From Octopus sinensis (taxonomy: Eukaryota): DNA of 64,000 nucleotides. The position numbers and the translations under genes are program-made. Below the pieces are notes generated by a model. That model did no database searches, was not told the DNA's origin, and saw nothing but the letters and a program-made list of their open reading frames with translations. The stretch is taken from NCBI RefSeq assembly GCF_006345805.1, contig NC_042999.1, positions 126,852,001 to 126,916,000 of the forward strand, written 5' to 3'. The first letter of the stretch is position 1, and the number at the start of each line of letters is the position of its first letter. This document shows, one piece after another, positions 63,568 through 64,000 of the stretch.

Positions 63568-64000
63568 AGATGTTAGCGGTGATGTGGTTGCAGAAATTGT
63601 CTGACAGCCATAAATGGGTTCTCCTGCTTGTGTAACATGGTGCAGAGTCCTGTTGTTAGATATAAGGTCTTCCAGCAGCCACCCTCTTGGCCGGGGCAGC
63701 ACTACCTCCTCCATTCACTTGATGTAGGCCTCTGTGCTGAGTGTGAAGCCATGTGGGAAAATGAATGGAGGTATAACGTTGCCATCAATAGTGATCACTC
63801 TAAACACCATGATGTTGACTGGTTGTTTGATTTTTATCATTCGGTACATGTACTGTCCTCAGATTGATACCCAGACACTCTGAAATATTTGTATTGGAGC
63901 TTCTGGCATGAATGCCAAGCAATACAGCATGTTGTTTCCAAATTTATGGCAGAATGAATTGCAACATGGTGCTGTTTTTTTTCACAGATGGTGCCCAACT
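63568..64000 (-). mobile_element. maT-type (DD37D) element, copy 3, cut by the window edge
   Basis: Reverse complement is colinear with 10300-10740 and 43200-43630. Confidence 0.88.

Overview
Repeat-saturated, AT-rich eukaryotic DNA. The mix of (TA)n/(TG)n/(ATC)n microsatellites, tRNA-derived SINEs and RTE 3' ends fits an octopus-like (coleoid cephalopod) genome; this is an inference, not a database result. I find no host protein-coding gene I can support, so the window is probably intergenic or inside a large intron, and most ORF-track entries are microsatellite read-throughs. Recognisable content: a near-complete G+C-rich Tc1 (DD34E) transposon at 27670-29378; deleted or rearranged mariner (DD34D) and maT-type (DD37D) elements; piggyBac-like, mariner-like and hAT-like MITEs; a non-autonomous Helitron; RTE, Tx1 and R4/Dong LINE fragments; and many SINEs. 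The most notable signal is a set of foldback, Penelope-like non-coding elements carrying minimal type-I hammerhead ribozyme motifs with palindromic helix III. One has a fully conserved core (29655-29732, minus strand). A mirrored pair lies in a ~570 bp palindrome (33140-33712), another is at 44488-44538, and several decayed remnants occur elsewhere. Coordinates were read by eye and may be off by a few bases.
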